A stretch of DNA of 64,000 nt. Origin: Candidatus Eiseniibacteriota bacterium. Its GTDB lineage: Bacteria > Eisenbacteria > RBG-16-71-46 > CAVPCR01. The stretch spans positions 384,001-448,000 of the forward strand of contig CAWGMA010000001.1 in NCBI GenBank assembly GCA_963823555.1, read 5' to 3'. Positions 29,648-39,639 of the stretch are shown here, piece after piece (position 1 is the stretch's first letter; every line of letters begins with the position of its first letter). Under the pieces are notes generated by a model that made no database searches, was not told the origin of the DNA, and worked only from the letters and a program-made list of their open reading frames with translations. Position numbers and translations under genes: made by a program.

Positions 29648-32600
29648 TGCTTCGATCTCGGACTGGCAGGGAGATCATCGCGCTCCTGGGCGGCGGGCTC
29701 ATCGGGCTCGTGCTGATCGCCCTGGCGTTGACTCCGGCCGGGGCCCAGCTCGAGACGACGTTCCCCGGTGGCTCCGCCGACGATTCTCTCGCCACGCGCG
29801 TAACCGGCGCCCGCCTGCGGCATGTCGTGGTGGATGGTGTTCCCATCGTCGTCGTCGATTCGGTCCGGATCGACCATCGCGCGACCACGATCACGGGACG
29901 CGTCGGCCGTTACGACCGCCAGAACCAGCGTGCCGTTGTCGATGGGGATGTTCGCATCGTGGACGGTCCGACCACGATCACCGGCGATCATGGCACGTTC
30001 GATGTCGGCTCCGGGGTCGGCACCCTCGTCGGCCGTGTGGTCGTCCGCCGGGAGGATCTTACGATCCGGGCACCTCACGCCACCTACGACCGTTCGAGCC
30101 GGATCGCGCGCTTGCGGGGCGGGGTCCAGATCCAGGACAAGGAGCGCCGCGTCGATGCCGACAGCCTGGTCTACTGGTTTGCCGAGGACCGGGCCATGGC
30201 CTTCGGCAACGTGCGCATCGACCAGACCGGGAAGGAAGAGGCGGTGCTACGCGGCGAGGTCGCCGAGTACCTGAGGAGCACGGGAGATCTGCGGCTCCTC
30301 GAGCAGGCCTCGCTCGTCATCGAGGACGAGGGCCAGCCGGTCACGGTCACGGCTCGCGATCTCCAGTACCAGAAGGAAGGCGCGGAGGTCGTCGCCGAGG
30401 GTAGCGTCGTCATTCGCCAGGAGGAGGCGGAGGCCACCGCCGACCACGCCACGTTCTTCCGGGATGATCGCCGCGCCGTTCTCACCGGGTCCCCGCTCAT
30501 GCGCGATCCCGACGGTCTCGTCTCCGGCGACTCGCTCGTCTTGTCCTTCGACCAGGGCAAGCTCTCACAGCTCGGTGCGCTGGGTCAGGCGCGGGCAAAC
30601 TACAGCCGCGAGCTCAAGACCGGGGGGAAGGAGGAGCTTCATATCTCCGCCGATCGCCTGGACATCGAATTCGAGGACGGCGAGGCGCGGCAGATGAGCC
30701 TCGCCGGAAATGCGGAGAGCCTCTACCTGCCGGCGGGGGAGCCGCTCGAATCCGGGGCGATACGCAATGTCGCCAAGGCGGATCGGATCCAGGTATCGCT
30801 GAGCAAGGGGCAAGCCGAGCGCATCGTTCTCGAGGGTGATGCCACGGGCGAGTACTTCTATCGCCTGGAGCGCCCCGACTCGCTGGGCGAGGTGAATGCC
30901 CTCGGTCGCAGCGATTCCAGACTGGCCGGGGTGCTGGGAGATTCGGCTCGCGCCTTTGCCGACAGCGCTCGGAGCGGGCTCCGCCGCATCCTGGCCGAGA
31001 TGGACAGCGCCCGGGCCGTCGAGGGGGAGGCCCTCGGAGCTGCGGCCGACTCCGCGTTCGCCGAGGCCGACTCCGCGTTCGCCGAGGCCGACTCCGCGTT
31101 CGCCGGGGCCGAGATGGCTCTCGCCGCGGCCGCCGACTCGACGGCGGTCCTGGCTCCCATCTCCCTCGCCGCCGCCCTTCCCGATTCCATCGTCCAGAGC
31201 GTGCGCTATCAGGCGGACCGCATCGAGCTCCTCGTCGAGCGCAACGAGATTCTCCTCATCCACAATGCCGAGCTCTTCCACGAGGACCTCCACCTCAAGG
31301 CCGGACGGGTGCGCTTCTCGGTCGAGGACCGCACCCTCGTGGCCAGCGAGTCCCCGGTGCTGGCCGATGGCAGCCAGACCATGGAGGGGGAGGCGATGGC
31401 GTATGAGTTCGGGAGTCGGGAGGGGGCGGTGCGGCAGGGCGAGACGACCTTCGAGCGCGGCATCTACACCGGGCGGGAGCTCTACAAAGCGGGGGACAGG
31501 GTCTTCTACGTCAAGGGAGCCAACTACACCACGTGCACGATTGCCGAGCCGCACTATCACTTCACCGGGAACGAGATGAAGGTCTATCTCGACGACAAGG
31601 TGGTCACCCGGCCGGTGGGCCTCTTCATCCGCAGCGTGCCCATCCTCGCACTGCCTTACTACATCTTCCCGATCAAGGCCGGCCGGCATTCCGGGATCCT
31701 CATGCCCCAGGTCGAGTTCGGATTCTCCCAGACCCGGGGCCGTTTCGTACGCAACGCCGGCTATTACTACGTGATCAACGACTATGCCGACACCAAGATC
31801 TGGGGCGATTTCTCCGAGTATTCGCCCCATGTCATCGGCAACGTCGACTTTCGCTACGCCAAGCGGTATCTCATGAACGGGAACTTCGCATCCAAGTTCA
31901 GCTTCGGGGGCGGGCAGGAGCGCTGGGACGTCCGGGGCAGTCACGGCCAGGATCTGGGCCAGCGCCGGACCCTCCAGGCCAACATCGATTTCCTCTCCGA
32001 TCGTGAATTCCGGGTGAACGACCAGGGGCAAACCGACGAGGAGCGATTCTCGAGCCAGCTGCGTTCCAACGTGACCTTCGCCAAGAGCTGGTCCACCCAG
32101 AGCGCGCGCGTGACCCTGGAGCGGACCCAGAATCTGCAGAACCTGAGCGGACAGACCCAGCCCGGCAAGGGCACGGTCACCGGCAGCCTCCCGTCGCTCT
32201 CGTATTCCTTTCAGAGCCGTCCGATCGGCCGGCGGCCCGACGCCAAGGGGCGCGACGGCCGCTGGCCCGCGCTCGCCACCACCAACTACTCGTTCTCGGG
32301 TGACTACCGCCGGGGATTCGATTCCCGGCGGGCTCCGAGCGCCTATCTGCAGACCGCCTCGGGCCGGGCCACCGTCTCCGACGGCCGCCGGGCCGGCGTG
32401 CTCAACCTGACCCCATCGTTCTCGGTGAACACGAGCTGGGATGAATACCTGGAGCTGGCTCCCGACACCGCAGGGGTGATCCGCCGCGGGGACGAAGATG
32501 TCTTCCGCGGGCAGTACAGCGCCGGCCTGACCACACGGACCGAGATCTACGGCATGCTGAGTCCGGCCCTCGGCCCCTTCAAGGGCTTCCGCCATATCGT

Positions 32601-33459
32601 GACCCCGACCGCCTCGCTGTCCTTCGCCAAGCGGTTCGACTCGCGCTCCCTGGTCTCCACCGGACCGGCCAGCTCGTCCTTGAACTTCGGCGTGTCCAAT
32701 CGCATCGAGACGCGGCTCCCGGGCGACAAGGGCAAGCTTCGCGTGGTGCGTGATTTCCTCACCTTCAACCTCGCCTCAACTTACGATCTTTCCAATCGTT
32801 CCGCCCGCCGCTTAACCCCGATTCGACTCGATGCACGCCTCCGCCCCGGCGTCGGCCGCGACATCGAGGTGGCGTATGCGACCACCTATGACCCCTACGC
32901 CATGCGTCCCACTCGCTACGACATCTCCGGCCGATTCACCTTCGTGCGGGCCGGCGGGACGGTGTCGACGGCGCGGCCGGGGGAGGTGCCGCCGGGTCAG
33001 CTGCGCGGAGATGACATGCTGGGCCTCGGCGACGACGGCCAGCCCGAGGGCGGCGCCGTCGTCGATTCGGGAGACGTCGGTGGCCGCTCGGACGCCGCGC
33101 TCGGTGCTGCGGTCTCGCCGGCCGAACTCTTCCCGCGCGCCTTCTCCGCCGGTGGCACCATCTCCTACGCCGGGGGGGGCGGGGGCGACAAGACCCTGCA
33201 GGCCAGCTTCGACACGACTTTCAGACCGACGCCCAAGTGGCGGCTCGAATATCGGCTACGCTACGACCTCATGGATCGCGATGTGATTGCCCAGAGCTAT
33301 GCCGTGGTGCGCGATCTCCACTGCTGGGAGGCCCAGTTCCGCCGTACCTACGACGTCGGGAACTGGGAGTACTACTTCCGGATCGCGATCAAGGATCTGC
33401 CGGAGATCTTCTACGAGAGAGGTCGCGAGCGCTCGAACCTGCCGAGCCTGATCCGGTAG
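29647..33459 (+). CDS. lptD: LPS-assembly protein LptD with greatly extended N-terminal OstA/LptA-like region
   Basis: Repeated OstA-like strands (A.GNV.I, L.G.P); YTTC..PHY; RHSGILMP; C-terminal RDLHCWE. Confidence 0.82.
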   Translation: MLRSRTGREIIALLGGGLIGLVLIALALTPAGAQLETTFPGGSADDSLATRVTGARLRHVVVDGVPIVVVDSVRIDHRATTITGRVGRYDRQNQRAVVDGDVRIVDGPTTITGDHGTFDVGSGVGTLVGRVVVRREDLTIRAPHATYDRSSRIARLRGGVQIQDKERRVDADSLVYWFAEDRAMAFGNVRIDQTGKEEAVLRGEVAEYLRSTGDLRLLEQASLVIEDEGQPVTVTARDLQYQKEGAEVVAEGSVVIRQEEAEATADHATFFRDDRRAVLTGSPLMRDPDGLVSGDSLVLSFDQGKLSQLGALGQARANYSRELKTGGKEELHISADRLDIEFEDGEARQMSLAGNAESLYLPAGEPLESGAIRNVAKADRIQVSLSKGQAERIVLEGDATGEYFYRLERPDSLGEVNALGRSDSRLAGVLGDSARAFADSARSGLRRILAEMDSARAVEGEALGAAADSAFAEADSAFAEADSAFAGAEMALAAAADSTAVLAPISLAAALPDSIVQSVRYQADRIELLVERNEILLIHNAELFHEDLHLKAGRVRFSVEDRTLVASESPVLADGSQTMEGEAMAYEFGSREGAVRQGETTFERGIYTGRELYKAGDRVFYVKGANYTTCTIAEPHYHFTGNEMKVYLDDKVVTRPVGLFIRSVPILALPYYIFPIKAGRHSGILMPQVEFGFSQTRGRFVRNAGYYYVINDYADTKIWGDFSEYSPHVIGNVDFRYAKRYLMNGNFASKFSFGGGQERWDVRGSHGQDLGQRRTLQANIDFLSDREFRVNDQGQTDEERFSSQLRSNVTFAKSWSTQSARVTLERTQNLQNLSGQTQPGKGTVTGSLPSLSYSFQSRPIGRRPDAKGRDGRWPALATTNYSFSGDYRRGFDSRRAPSAYLQTASGRATVSDGRRAGVLNLTPSFSVNTSWDEYLELAPDTAGVIRRGDEDVFRGQYSAGLTTRTEIYGMLSPALGPFKGFRHIVTPTASLSFAKRFDSRSLVSTGPASSSLNFGVSNRIETRLPGDKGKLRVVRDFLTFNLASTYDLSNRSARRLTPIRLDARLRPGVGRDIEVAYATTYDPYAMRPTRYDISGRFTFVRAGGTVSTARPGEVPPGQLRGDDMLGLGDDGQPEGGAVVDSGDVGGRSDAALGAAVSPAELFPRAFSAGGTISYAGGGGGDKTLQASFDTTFRPTPKWRLEYRLRYDLMDRDVIAQSYAVVRDLHCWEAQFRRTYDVGNWEYYFRIAIKDLPEIFYERGRERSNLPSLIR
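31045..31107 (+). repeat. 21-bp in-frame tandem repeat x3 (gccgactccgcgttcgccgRg) encoding ADSAFAE
   Basis: Units start at 31045, 31066 and 31087. Confidence 0.92.
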
Positions 33460-33599
33460 CGCAGCCGATCTTGCCGATTGAGCGCGTCGCAACGCGCTCA
33501 ATCGAAGCTCGAATCCGCGAAATGCCGCAGCGGCGGCCGAGGATCGTGATCCCGAGGCGAAGAAAACTGCGCCCTGCTGAGAATTCTCGCGCTTTTCCG

Positions 33600-33629
33600 T
33601 TGACAGGGCGCGTAATCACTGCGTAGTTT
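33600..33629 (+). promoter_or_regulatory. Putative sigma70 promoter for HU (TTGACA-18-TAGTTT)
   Basis: Perfect -35 about 95 bp upstream of the HU start region. Confidence 0.55.
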
Positions 33630-33724
33630 GCCTCGCGAACGGAAGGACGTCCCGTGATCACGGCCTTTCCTCTCGCGGCTGTGTACGAGGACGTCGTACC
33701 GGATCCCGATGAAGGGGGTAGGTA

Positions 33725-34030
33725 GTGAATAAGACCGAGCTCACGGCTGCCGTGGCTGAGCGGGTTGGCCTCAGCCTCAAGGATGCTCGCGTCACCGTCG
33801 ATGCCATCTTCGCGACGGACCGGCGTGGCATCATCTCCTCCGAACTGGCGGCAGGTCGCAAGGTGCAGATCACCGGGTTCGGCTCCTTCGAGACCCGCAA
33901 GCGCAAGGCACGGACCGGGAGAAACCCGCAGACAGGCGAGTCGATCGAGATCGCTGCCAGTCGCTATCCGGCCTTCCATCCCGGCCGGGCCCTCAAGGAG
34001 CGCGTCCGGATCAAGGGGAAGAAGGGCTAG
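33725..34030 (+). CDS. hup: HU-family DNA-binding protein
   Basis: MNKTEL, VQITGFGSFE, RTGRNPQTGE, PAFHPG. Confidence 0.95.
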   Translation: MNKTELTAAVAERVGLSLKDARVTVDAIFATDRRGIISSELAAGRKVQITGFGSFETRKRKARTGRNPQTGESIEIAASRYPAFHPGRALKERVRIKGKKG

Positions 34031-34060
34031 TCTCAGGTCCGATTTCCCCGTCCCTACCGA

Positions 34061-34098
34061 GCGAGAGCCGGGATCTCCACCGAGGTCCCGGCTCTCGC
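34061..34098 (+). terminator. GC-rich hairpin after HU (probable terminator)
   Basis: gcgagagccgggatctc-cacc-gaggtcccggctctcgc, 17-bp stem with one G-U pair; no strong U tract. Confidence 0.6.
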
Positions 34099-34237
34099 GC
34101 GTTGCGGGGCCCCTTGCCCCGCTGGAGAGGAGGATCCCTCCGACCTTCCGGGCCCGGACTTTTACCCAGCTTTGACTAGGGGCCCGGGGAGGGGCTCCGT
34201 AGAATCAGGCAGGCGCTCTGCGCGCCGGGCTTTCGAG

Positions 34238-34266
34238 TTGCCCCTTGGCCCCCCGGCCGGTAGATT
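34238..34266 (+). promoter_or_regulatory. Putative sigma70 promoter (TTGCCC-17-TAGATT) for the selenoprotein gene
   Basis: 17-bp spacing, about 70 bp upstream of GTG 34335. Confidence 0.4.
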
Positions 34267-34334
34267 CTGCCGGTCCGAATTCCCCACCATCTGTGACAGG
34301 CGGCGCCGATGGCGCCGCGGAGGCTCTTGAGAAC

Positions 34335-35318
34335 GTGCATCGCATCCATGACCGTCTTGCCTTCGGTTCGCTCCTCCTGGCTCTCGCGGTAGCCGGCGCC
34401 GGCGTCTCGGCCGAAGCTGCCAAACGCATCAAGGACCTTGAGCTGACCATCCTCTCCACGACCTCCAATCGCGGCGAGGTCGATCCCTGCGGCTGACACA
34501 AGTCCCAGAAGGGAGGGCTGGCCCGGAGGGCTGCCCTAATCGACTCGCTACGCACCGAACGAGGCGCCGTGCTCCTCGTCGACGCCGGGGACTATGCGCA
34601 TCCGACCATGACCCACGAGGATCGCGAGAACTGGTTCATCCTGCGCTCCATGGGCGGGATGCGCTATGACGCCATGACTCTCGGCGAACTCGAGCTCTAT
34701 CGCGGCACCGACTACGTCCAGTCGATCCTCGATTCGACCCGGGTACCGGTCACCCTCGCCAATGCCCGCTTCACGGCCGGCAACAAGCCGATCGGCGAGC
34801 CCTACCTCATCCACCAGGCGGGCGATGTCACCTATGGCATCATCGGACTCATCGGGCAGGATTTCGGGGAGGGCAAGGAGAAGTTCTCCGAGCTCGGGTT
34901 CACCATCGACGAGCCGTTCGAGACGGCGGCCAAGCTCGTCCCCGAGGTGAAGAAGAAGGCGGATGTGGTGGTCGTTCTCGCCCACTTGGGCTCCGCCGAT
35001 GCCTTCCAGCTGCCCAAGGCGGTGAAGGGTATCGACGTCGTCGTTTTCGGGCACTATCCGGGCACGGTCGCTCCGACCCAGGTGGAGGGGGCGGTCACGG
35101 TGCGCCCGGGGCAAAGGGGGCAGTACATGGGCGAGACCAAGCTCGTCCTGAGCCCCGAGAACCAGATCGTGTCCTACTCGGGCGAGGCGGTGGCCCTCGA
35201 TGTGAAGAAGATCGGCGAGGAACCGAAGATCGCCGCCGGGCTTGCTGCCTTGAAGAAGGTCCTGGGCAAGTCGGCGACGTCGGTCGGGGAAGCAGACGCC
35301 AGCCACTCGCTCGAGTGA
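34335..35318 (+). CDS. Exported UshA-like (5'-nucleotidase N-terminal fold) selenoprotein; in-frame UGA at 34494-34496 read as Sec (PCGU)
   Basis: ORFs 34245-34496 and 34569-35318 share a frame. Readthrough gives signal peptide-LTILSTTSNRGEVDPCG-U-HKSQKGGLARRA...LLVDAGD...YDAMTLGELE...LAH...GH. Confidence 0.85.
34514..34537 (+). promoter_or_regulatory. Putative bacterial SECIS hairpin
   Basis: AGGGC-U-GGCCC-GGA-GGGCU-GCCCU: two 5-bp stems, a bulged U, and a G-starting apical loop 29 nt after the UGA. Confidence 0.6.
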
Positions 35319-35439
35319 GCGCGGCCGGTTGCGGCCGGTGACAGCGAAGGGATGAGGTTGCGGTGCGGACCGGTCGGTGGCTGACCGGCGGCGAGCGCCG
35401 GCAGAACGAGGCCAGTCCCGGCTCCGGAGGAAACAGCTG

Positions 35440-36825
35440 ATGCGGCAAGAAGGGGACCGGGGAATCAACTACTACCAGAGCATCGTCCAGACGATCGGCC
35501 GCACCCCGCTCGTCCGGCTCAACAAGATCGTCAAGGGACTGAAGCCGCTCCTTCTGGCCAAGGTCGAGAGCTTCAACCCCGGCGGCAGCGTCAAGGACCG
35601 TATCGGGTGCGCCATCATCGACGCCGCCGAACGCGAGGGGTTGCTCAAGCCGGGCGGCACGATCGTCGAGTCCACTTCCGGCAACACCGGGATCGGCCTC
35701 GCCCTGGTGGCCGCCACCCGCGGCTACCGGCTCATCGCCACCATGCCCGACAAGATGAGCCGGGAGAAGATCAATCTCCTCAAGGCGTACGGGGCCGAGG
35801 TCGTGGTCACCCCGACCGCCGTTCCCCCCGAGCACCCGGAGAGCTACTACGAGGTGGCCAAGCGGCTGGCCCGGGAGATCCCGGGCGCTTTCTACGCCAA
35901 CCAGTACTTCAACCCGGAGAACCCGCTTGCGCACTACAAGACCACGGGCCCCGAGATCTGGGAGCAGACCGGCGGGCAGGTCGATGTCTTCGTCGGCGGT
36001 CTCGGCACCGGCGGCACCATCTCCGGTGTCGGGCGCTATCTGAAAGAGAAGAACCCGGCGGTGCAGATCGTGGGCGCCGATCCGGTCGGGTCGATCCTCT
36101 GCCAGTACTTCTATACGCGCGAGGTCGGTCATGCCCACACCTACATGATCGAGGGCATCGGCGAGGACATCATTCCCGGCACCTCGCACTGGGAGTTCAT
36201 CGACCGCATGATCACGGTCTCCGATCACGAGGCCTACAACTGGGCGCGCCGCGTGTCACGCGAGGAAGGGATCTTGATCGGCAGTTCGGGCGGCGCGGCC
36301 ATCACCGCCGCGCTCACCGTGGCCCGGGAGCTCGATGAGCGGCATGTGATCATCGTGCTCTTGCCTGACACCGGTGAGCGCTACCTGACCAAGGTCCACT
36401 CCGACGAGTGGATGCGGGACAATCGCCTGCTCGATACTCACTTCGTCAAGGTCGGCGAGGTCCTGCGACGGAAGTCCAAGGAGCTACCGGCCCTGGTTGC
36501 CGTCGAGCTTCAGGAGCCGATCCGGAAGGCGCTCGATCTCATCCGTCGCTACAACATCTCGCAGCTTCCGGTGCGCCGGGAAGGGGAGATCGTGGGTTGC
36601 ATCGAGGAAGCGGCCATCATGTCCACCGTGCTCGAGGATGCGCAAACGCTCGATTCGCCGGTCGAGAAGATCATGCACCCGCCGCTCCATCGCGTGAAGG
36701 CCGATGACTCGGTCGATCAGGCCATCAAGTTGCTCGCCGATCGCAACGCCGTCCTGGTCGAGGAGACGGGGGAGCCCTGTGGCATCCTCACTCGCTTCGA
36801 TCTCATCGAATACGTGGCCACCTAG
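35440..36825 (+). CDS. cbs: Cystathionine beta-synthase with C-terminal CBS domains
   Basis: NPGGSVKDR, TSGNTG, DKMSREK, GTGGT, IEGIG, PDTGERY; CBS pair (ISQLPV, GILTRFD). Confidence 0.92.
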   Translation: MRQEGDRGINYYQSIVQTIGRTPLVRLNKIVKGLKPLLLAKVESFNPGGSVKDRIGCAIIDAAEREGLLKPGGTIVESTSGNTGIGLALVAATRGYRLIATMPDKMSREKINLLKAYGAEVVVTPTAVPPEHPESYYEVAKRLAREIPGAFYANQYFNPENPLAHYKTTGPEIWEQTGGQVDVFVGGLGTGGTISGVGRYLKEKNPAVQIVGADPVGSILCQYFYTREVGHAHTYMIEGIGEDIIPGTSHWEFIDRMITVSDHEAYNWARRVSREEGILIGSSGGAAITAALTVARELDERHVIIVLLPDTGERYLTKVHSDEWMRDNRLLDTHFVKVGEVLRRKSKELPALVAVELQEPIRKALDLIRRYNISQLPVRREGEIVGCIEEAAIMSTVLEDAQTLDSPVEKIMHPPLHRVKADDSVDQAIKLLADRNAVLVEETGEPCGILTRFDLIEYVAT

Positions 36826-36862
36826 GTCCATTCGCCAGGCTGATCCCCGGAGGAAACGCGCC

Positions 36863-38068
36863 GTGTCGACCCGAACCGAACCTCGCCGCCCCATCGAGCC
36901 CCGCTCCCTGCAGGAGGGGGAGAAGGCCTGGCGCTTTGCCACGCTCGCCATCCACGCCGGGCAGGCGCCCGATCCCCTGACCGGTGCCGTCACCGTTCCC
37001 ATCTACCAGACCTCGACCTACCACCAGCCTGAGCTGGGGAAGCACAAGGGCTACGAGTACTCGCGTACGCAGAACCCGACCCGCTCGGCGCTCGAGGCGA
37101 ACCTGGCCGCGCTCGAAGGCGGTCGCTACGGCTTCGCCTTCGGCTCGGGAATGGCGGCCATCGGGGCCATCGCCCATCTCCTCGAGTCCGGGGATCACAT
37201 CGTGGCCTCCGATGACATGTACGGCGGTACCTACCGGCTCTTCAGCATGATGCTCCAGCGCTACGGGCTCGAGTTCAGCTTCGTCGATAGCGCGAGCCTC
37301 GAGGCGATCGAGGGAGCGATCCGGCCCAACACCCGCTTGATCTACGTCGAGACCCCGACCAACCCCCTCATGAAGGTGAGCGACCTCGCGGCGGTGGCTC
37401 GGCTCGGCCAGGAGCGGAAACTGCTCACGGTCTGCGACAACACCTTCATGACGCCTTTCTTCCAGCGACCGCTCGGGTTCGGGATCGACCTCGTCGTGCA
37501 CTCGACCACCAAGTACCTGAACGGGCACTCGGACATGGTCGGGGGCGCGGTCGTCACCGATCGGCAGGACCTGGCCGAGCGGCTGGCCTTCATCCAGAAC
37601 GCGGCCGGCGGGGTGCCCGGACCCTTCGACTCCTGGCTCGTGCTCCGCGGCACCAAGACGCTCGCCCTGCGCATGGAGCGGCACAACCAGAACGCCATGG
37701 CCATCGCCCAGTGGCTCGAGCGGCAGCCGAAGGTGAAGAAGATCCACTACCCGGGGCTTCCGAGTCATCCCGGGCACGAGCTCACGCAGCGCCAGGCGAC
37801 CGGCTTTGGCGGCATGATCTCGTTCGATCTGGAGACCATCGATCGGGCGCGGCGCTTCGTCGGCGCCGTGCGCGTGTTCACGCTGGCCGAGAGCCTGGGC
37901 GGGGTCGAGAGCCTGGTCTGCCATCCGGCGTCCATGACTCATGCCTCGGTCCCCGCGGCGGAACGGGCGCGAATCGGGCTCGGCGACGGGCTCGTGCGCC
38001 TGTCGGTCGGGGTCGAGGATGCCGAGGATCTGATCGCGGACGTGGAGCAGGCGCTCGCTCACGCCTAG
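36863..38068 (+). CDS. Cystathionine gamma-lyase/synthase
   Basis: YEYSRTQNPTR, SGMAA, ETPTNP, DNTF, HSTTKYLNGHSD, AESLGGVESL, RLSVG. Confidence 0.93.
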   Translation: MSTRTEPRRPIEPRSLQEGEKAWRFATLAIHAGQAPDPLTGAVTVPIYQTSTYHQPELGKHKGYEYSRTQNPTRSALEANLAALEGGRYGFAFGSGMAAIGAIAHLLESGDHIVASDDMYGGTYRLFSMMLQRYGLEFSFVDSASLEAIEGAIRPNTRLIYVETPTNPLMKVSDLAAVARLGQERKLLTVCDNTFMTPFFQRPLGFGIDLVVHSTTKYLNGHSDMVGGAVVTDRQDLAERLAFIQNAAGGVPGPFDSWLVLRGTKTLALRMERHNQNAMAIAQWLERQPKVKKIHYPGLPSHPGHELTQRQATGFGGMISFDLETIDRARRFVGAVRVFTLAESLGGVESLVCHPASMTHASVPAAERARIGLGDGLVRLSVGVEDAEDLIADVEQALAHA

Positions 38069-38102
38069 CCCCCGCCGCCAAGGGAGCTGAACCGAGCCGC
38101 CC

Positions 38103-39617
38103 ATGGTGCGACGGCACGCCACCCTGCTCGCGCTGGTCGTCTTCACCGCGCTCGCGTTGCCCTTCGTCGAGTATCGGACCGACGATACGTTCATCTTTCT
38201 GCGCTACGCCCACAACCTCGCCACCGGCAACGGGCTCTCATTCAATCCCGGAGAGCCGGTCTACGGCTTCACCTCGATCCTCTGGGTGTTCCTGCTGGCG
38301 ATCCCCGCCGCCCTCGGTCTGCCGGCGTTCGCAGCGGCCAAGGTGATCGCCTACGCGGCGGGTCTCCTGGCGATTCTCGCCTTCGCGGCATGGGCGCGGC
38401 GGCGCCTTCCGGTGGCGCTCGCCGGTCCGGCGACCATCGTCTTCGCCGCCAACGCCTGGCTCGTGCGCTGGAGTGCGGCCGCCATGGAGAGCGCGCTCGC
38501 CACGGCGCTCATCGTGGCCGGGCTATGGCGCCACCTGGCAGAGGTGGAAGACGAGAGGCGGGCTCCGCTCTCGGCGCTTCTCCTCGCGCTGGCCGTCCTC
38601 GCTCGCCCCGAGGCCGCGCTCGTACTCGCCTTCGCGCTCGGGGTCGAACTGGTGGGGGGGCGGCGGGCGGCCGGGCGCGCGGTGGTCGGGGGTCTCATCG
38701 CCGCATTGGTGCTCCTGCCGTGGTTCGCCTATGCGGAGCGCACCTTCGGCACCATCGTCCCCGAGACAGCGGAGGCCAAGGGCCGCCTCGCCCTCGCCGC
38801 CATCGATCTCGACCCCCTGCGCGACGTCGTGCGCGCCGTCGGGACCACGAGCGGGATCGAGGCGATCCTGCTCGTGGTGGGCGCGGCCCTCGCGCTCCTC
38901 GGTGCGCGCGCCGTGAGCACGGGACGGGTGCCTGCCGCCCAGGCGATCCGGCGGGACGGACCCGCTCTCCTCTGGCTCATCGGTCTCCCGCTCCTCTACC
39001 TGGCCACCGGATTCGATGTCCTCTCGCGCTACGCCCTGCCCCTGATCCCCGTGGTCGTGCTCTATGGGTTCCTGGCGCTCACGCGCTTCGCGCGCGGGGA
39101 GCGCGGCCTCGCCCGCGCCGGCGCGCTTCTCGCCGTGCTCGTCCTCGTGCAGAACGCGGCGGTGCTGGCTCGTGTCGTCTACCCGCACACGCACCATTTC
39201 AGCCGCGGGGTCGAGGACTGCCTGGGCGGTCTCGGGCGCTGGTGTCGTGACAACACGCCTCCGGGCAGCGCCATCGCGATCGCCGACATCGGCGCCTTCG
39301 GCTACTATTCCGAGCGCCGGGTGATCGATCTCGCCGGTCTCGTCACGCCCGAGCTGATCCCGATCGTGAATGAGCATCCCATCGACGAGATCGCGGCCGG
39401 ACTCCTGTTCGCCGCTCGCTTCCGGCCGGCATACCTGGTCGACCGGCATCGGGAGCCGGAACGGCTGGCGGGCACCCGGGGCGGCGTCTTCGAGCCGGTC
39501 CAGTGGTGCCGCATCGAGGGGCTCGGGGTGCGCGCGCCCGAGACGATCGCCTACACGCTCTACCGCCTGCACTGGGATATCTACGACCAGGCGCAGCAAT
39601 CCACGAAGGGGCCCTGA
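38103..39617 (+). CDS. GT-C-type integral membrane glycosyltransferase
   Basis: DDTFIFLRYAHNLATGNG..N.GE..GFTS, ME, RPE, GAFGY, IDLAGL; multiple TM helices. Confidence 0.7.
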   Translation: MVRRHATLLALVVFTALALPFVEYRTDDTFIFLRYAHNLATGNGLSFNPGEPVYGFTSILWVFLLAIPAALGLPAFAAAKVIAYAAGLLAILAFAAWARRRLPVALAGPATIVFAANAWLVRWSAAAMESALATALIVAGLWRHLAEVEDERRAPLSALLLALAVLARPEAALVLAFALGVELVGGRRAAGRAVVGGLIAALVLLPWFAYAERTFGTIVPETAEAKGRLALAAIDLDPLRDVVRAVGTTSGIEAILLVVGAALALLGARAVSTGRVPAAQAIRRDGPALLWLIGLPLLYLATGFDVLSRYALPLIPVVVLYGFLALTRFARGERGLARAGALLAVLVLVQNAAVLARVVYPHTHHFSRGVEDCLGGLGRWCRDNTPPGSAIAIADIGAFGYYSERRVIDLAGLVTPELIPIVNEHPIDEIAAGLLFAARFRPAYLVDRHREPERLAGTRGGVFEPVQWCRIEGLGVRAPETIAYTLYRLHWDIYDQAQQSTKGP

Positions 39618-39639
39618 GCCGGGCGCCGGAGGTCGCGCC

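Noticed and set aside
34494..34496. Genome-wide TGA reassignment (code 4/25) as the explanation for the in-frame TGA
   Set aside because: TGA ends many conserved genes at their expected positions (carB, pyrK, accD, ligA), often in ATGA overlaps
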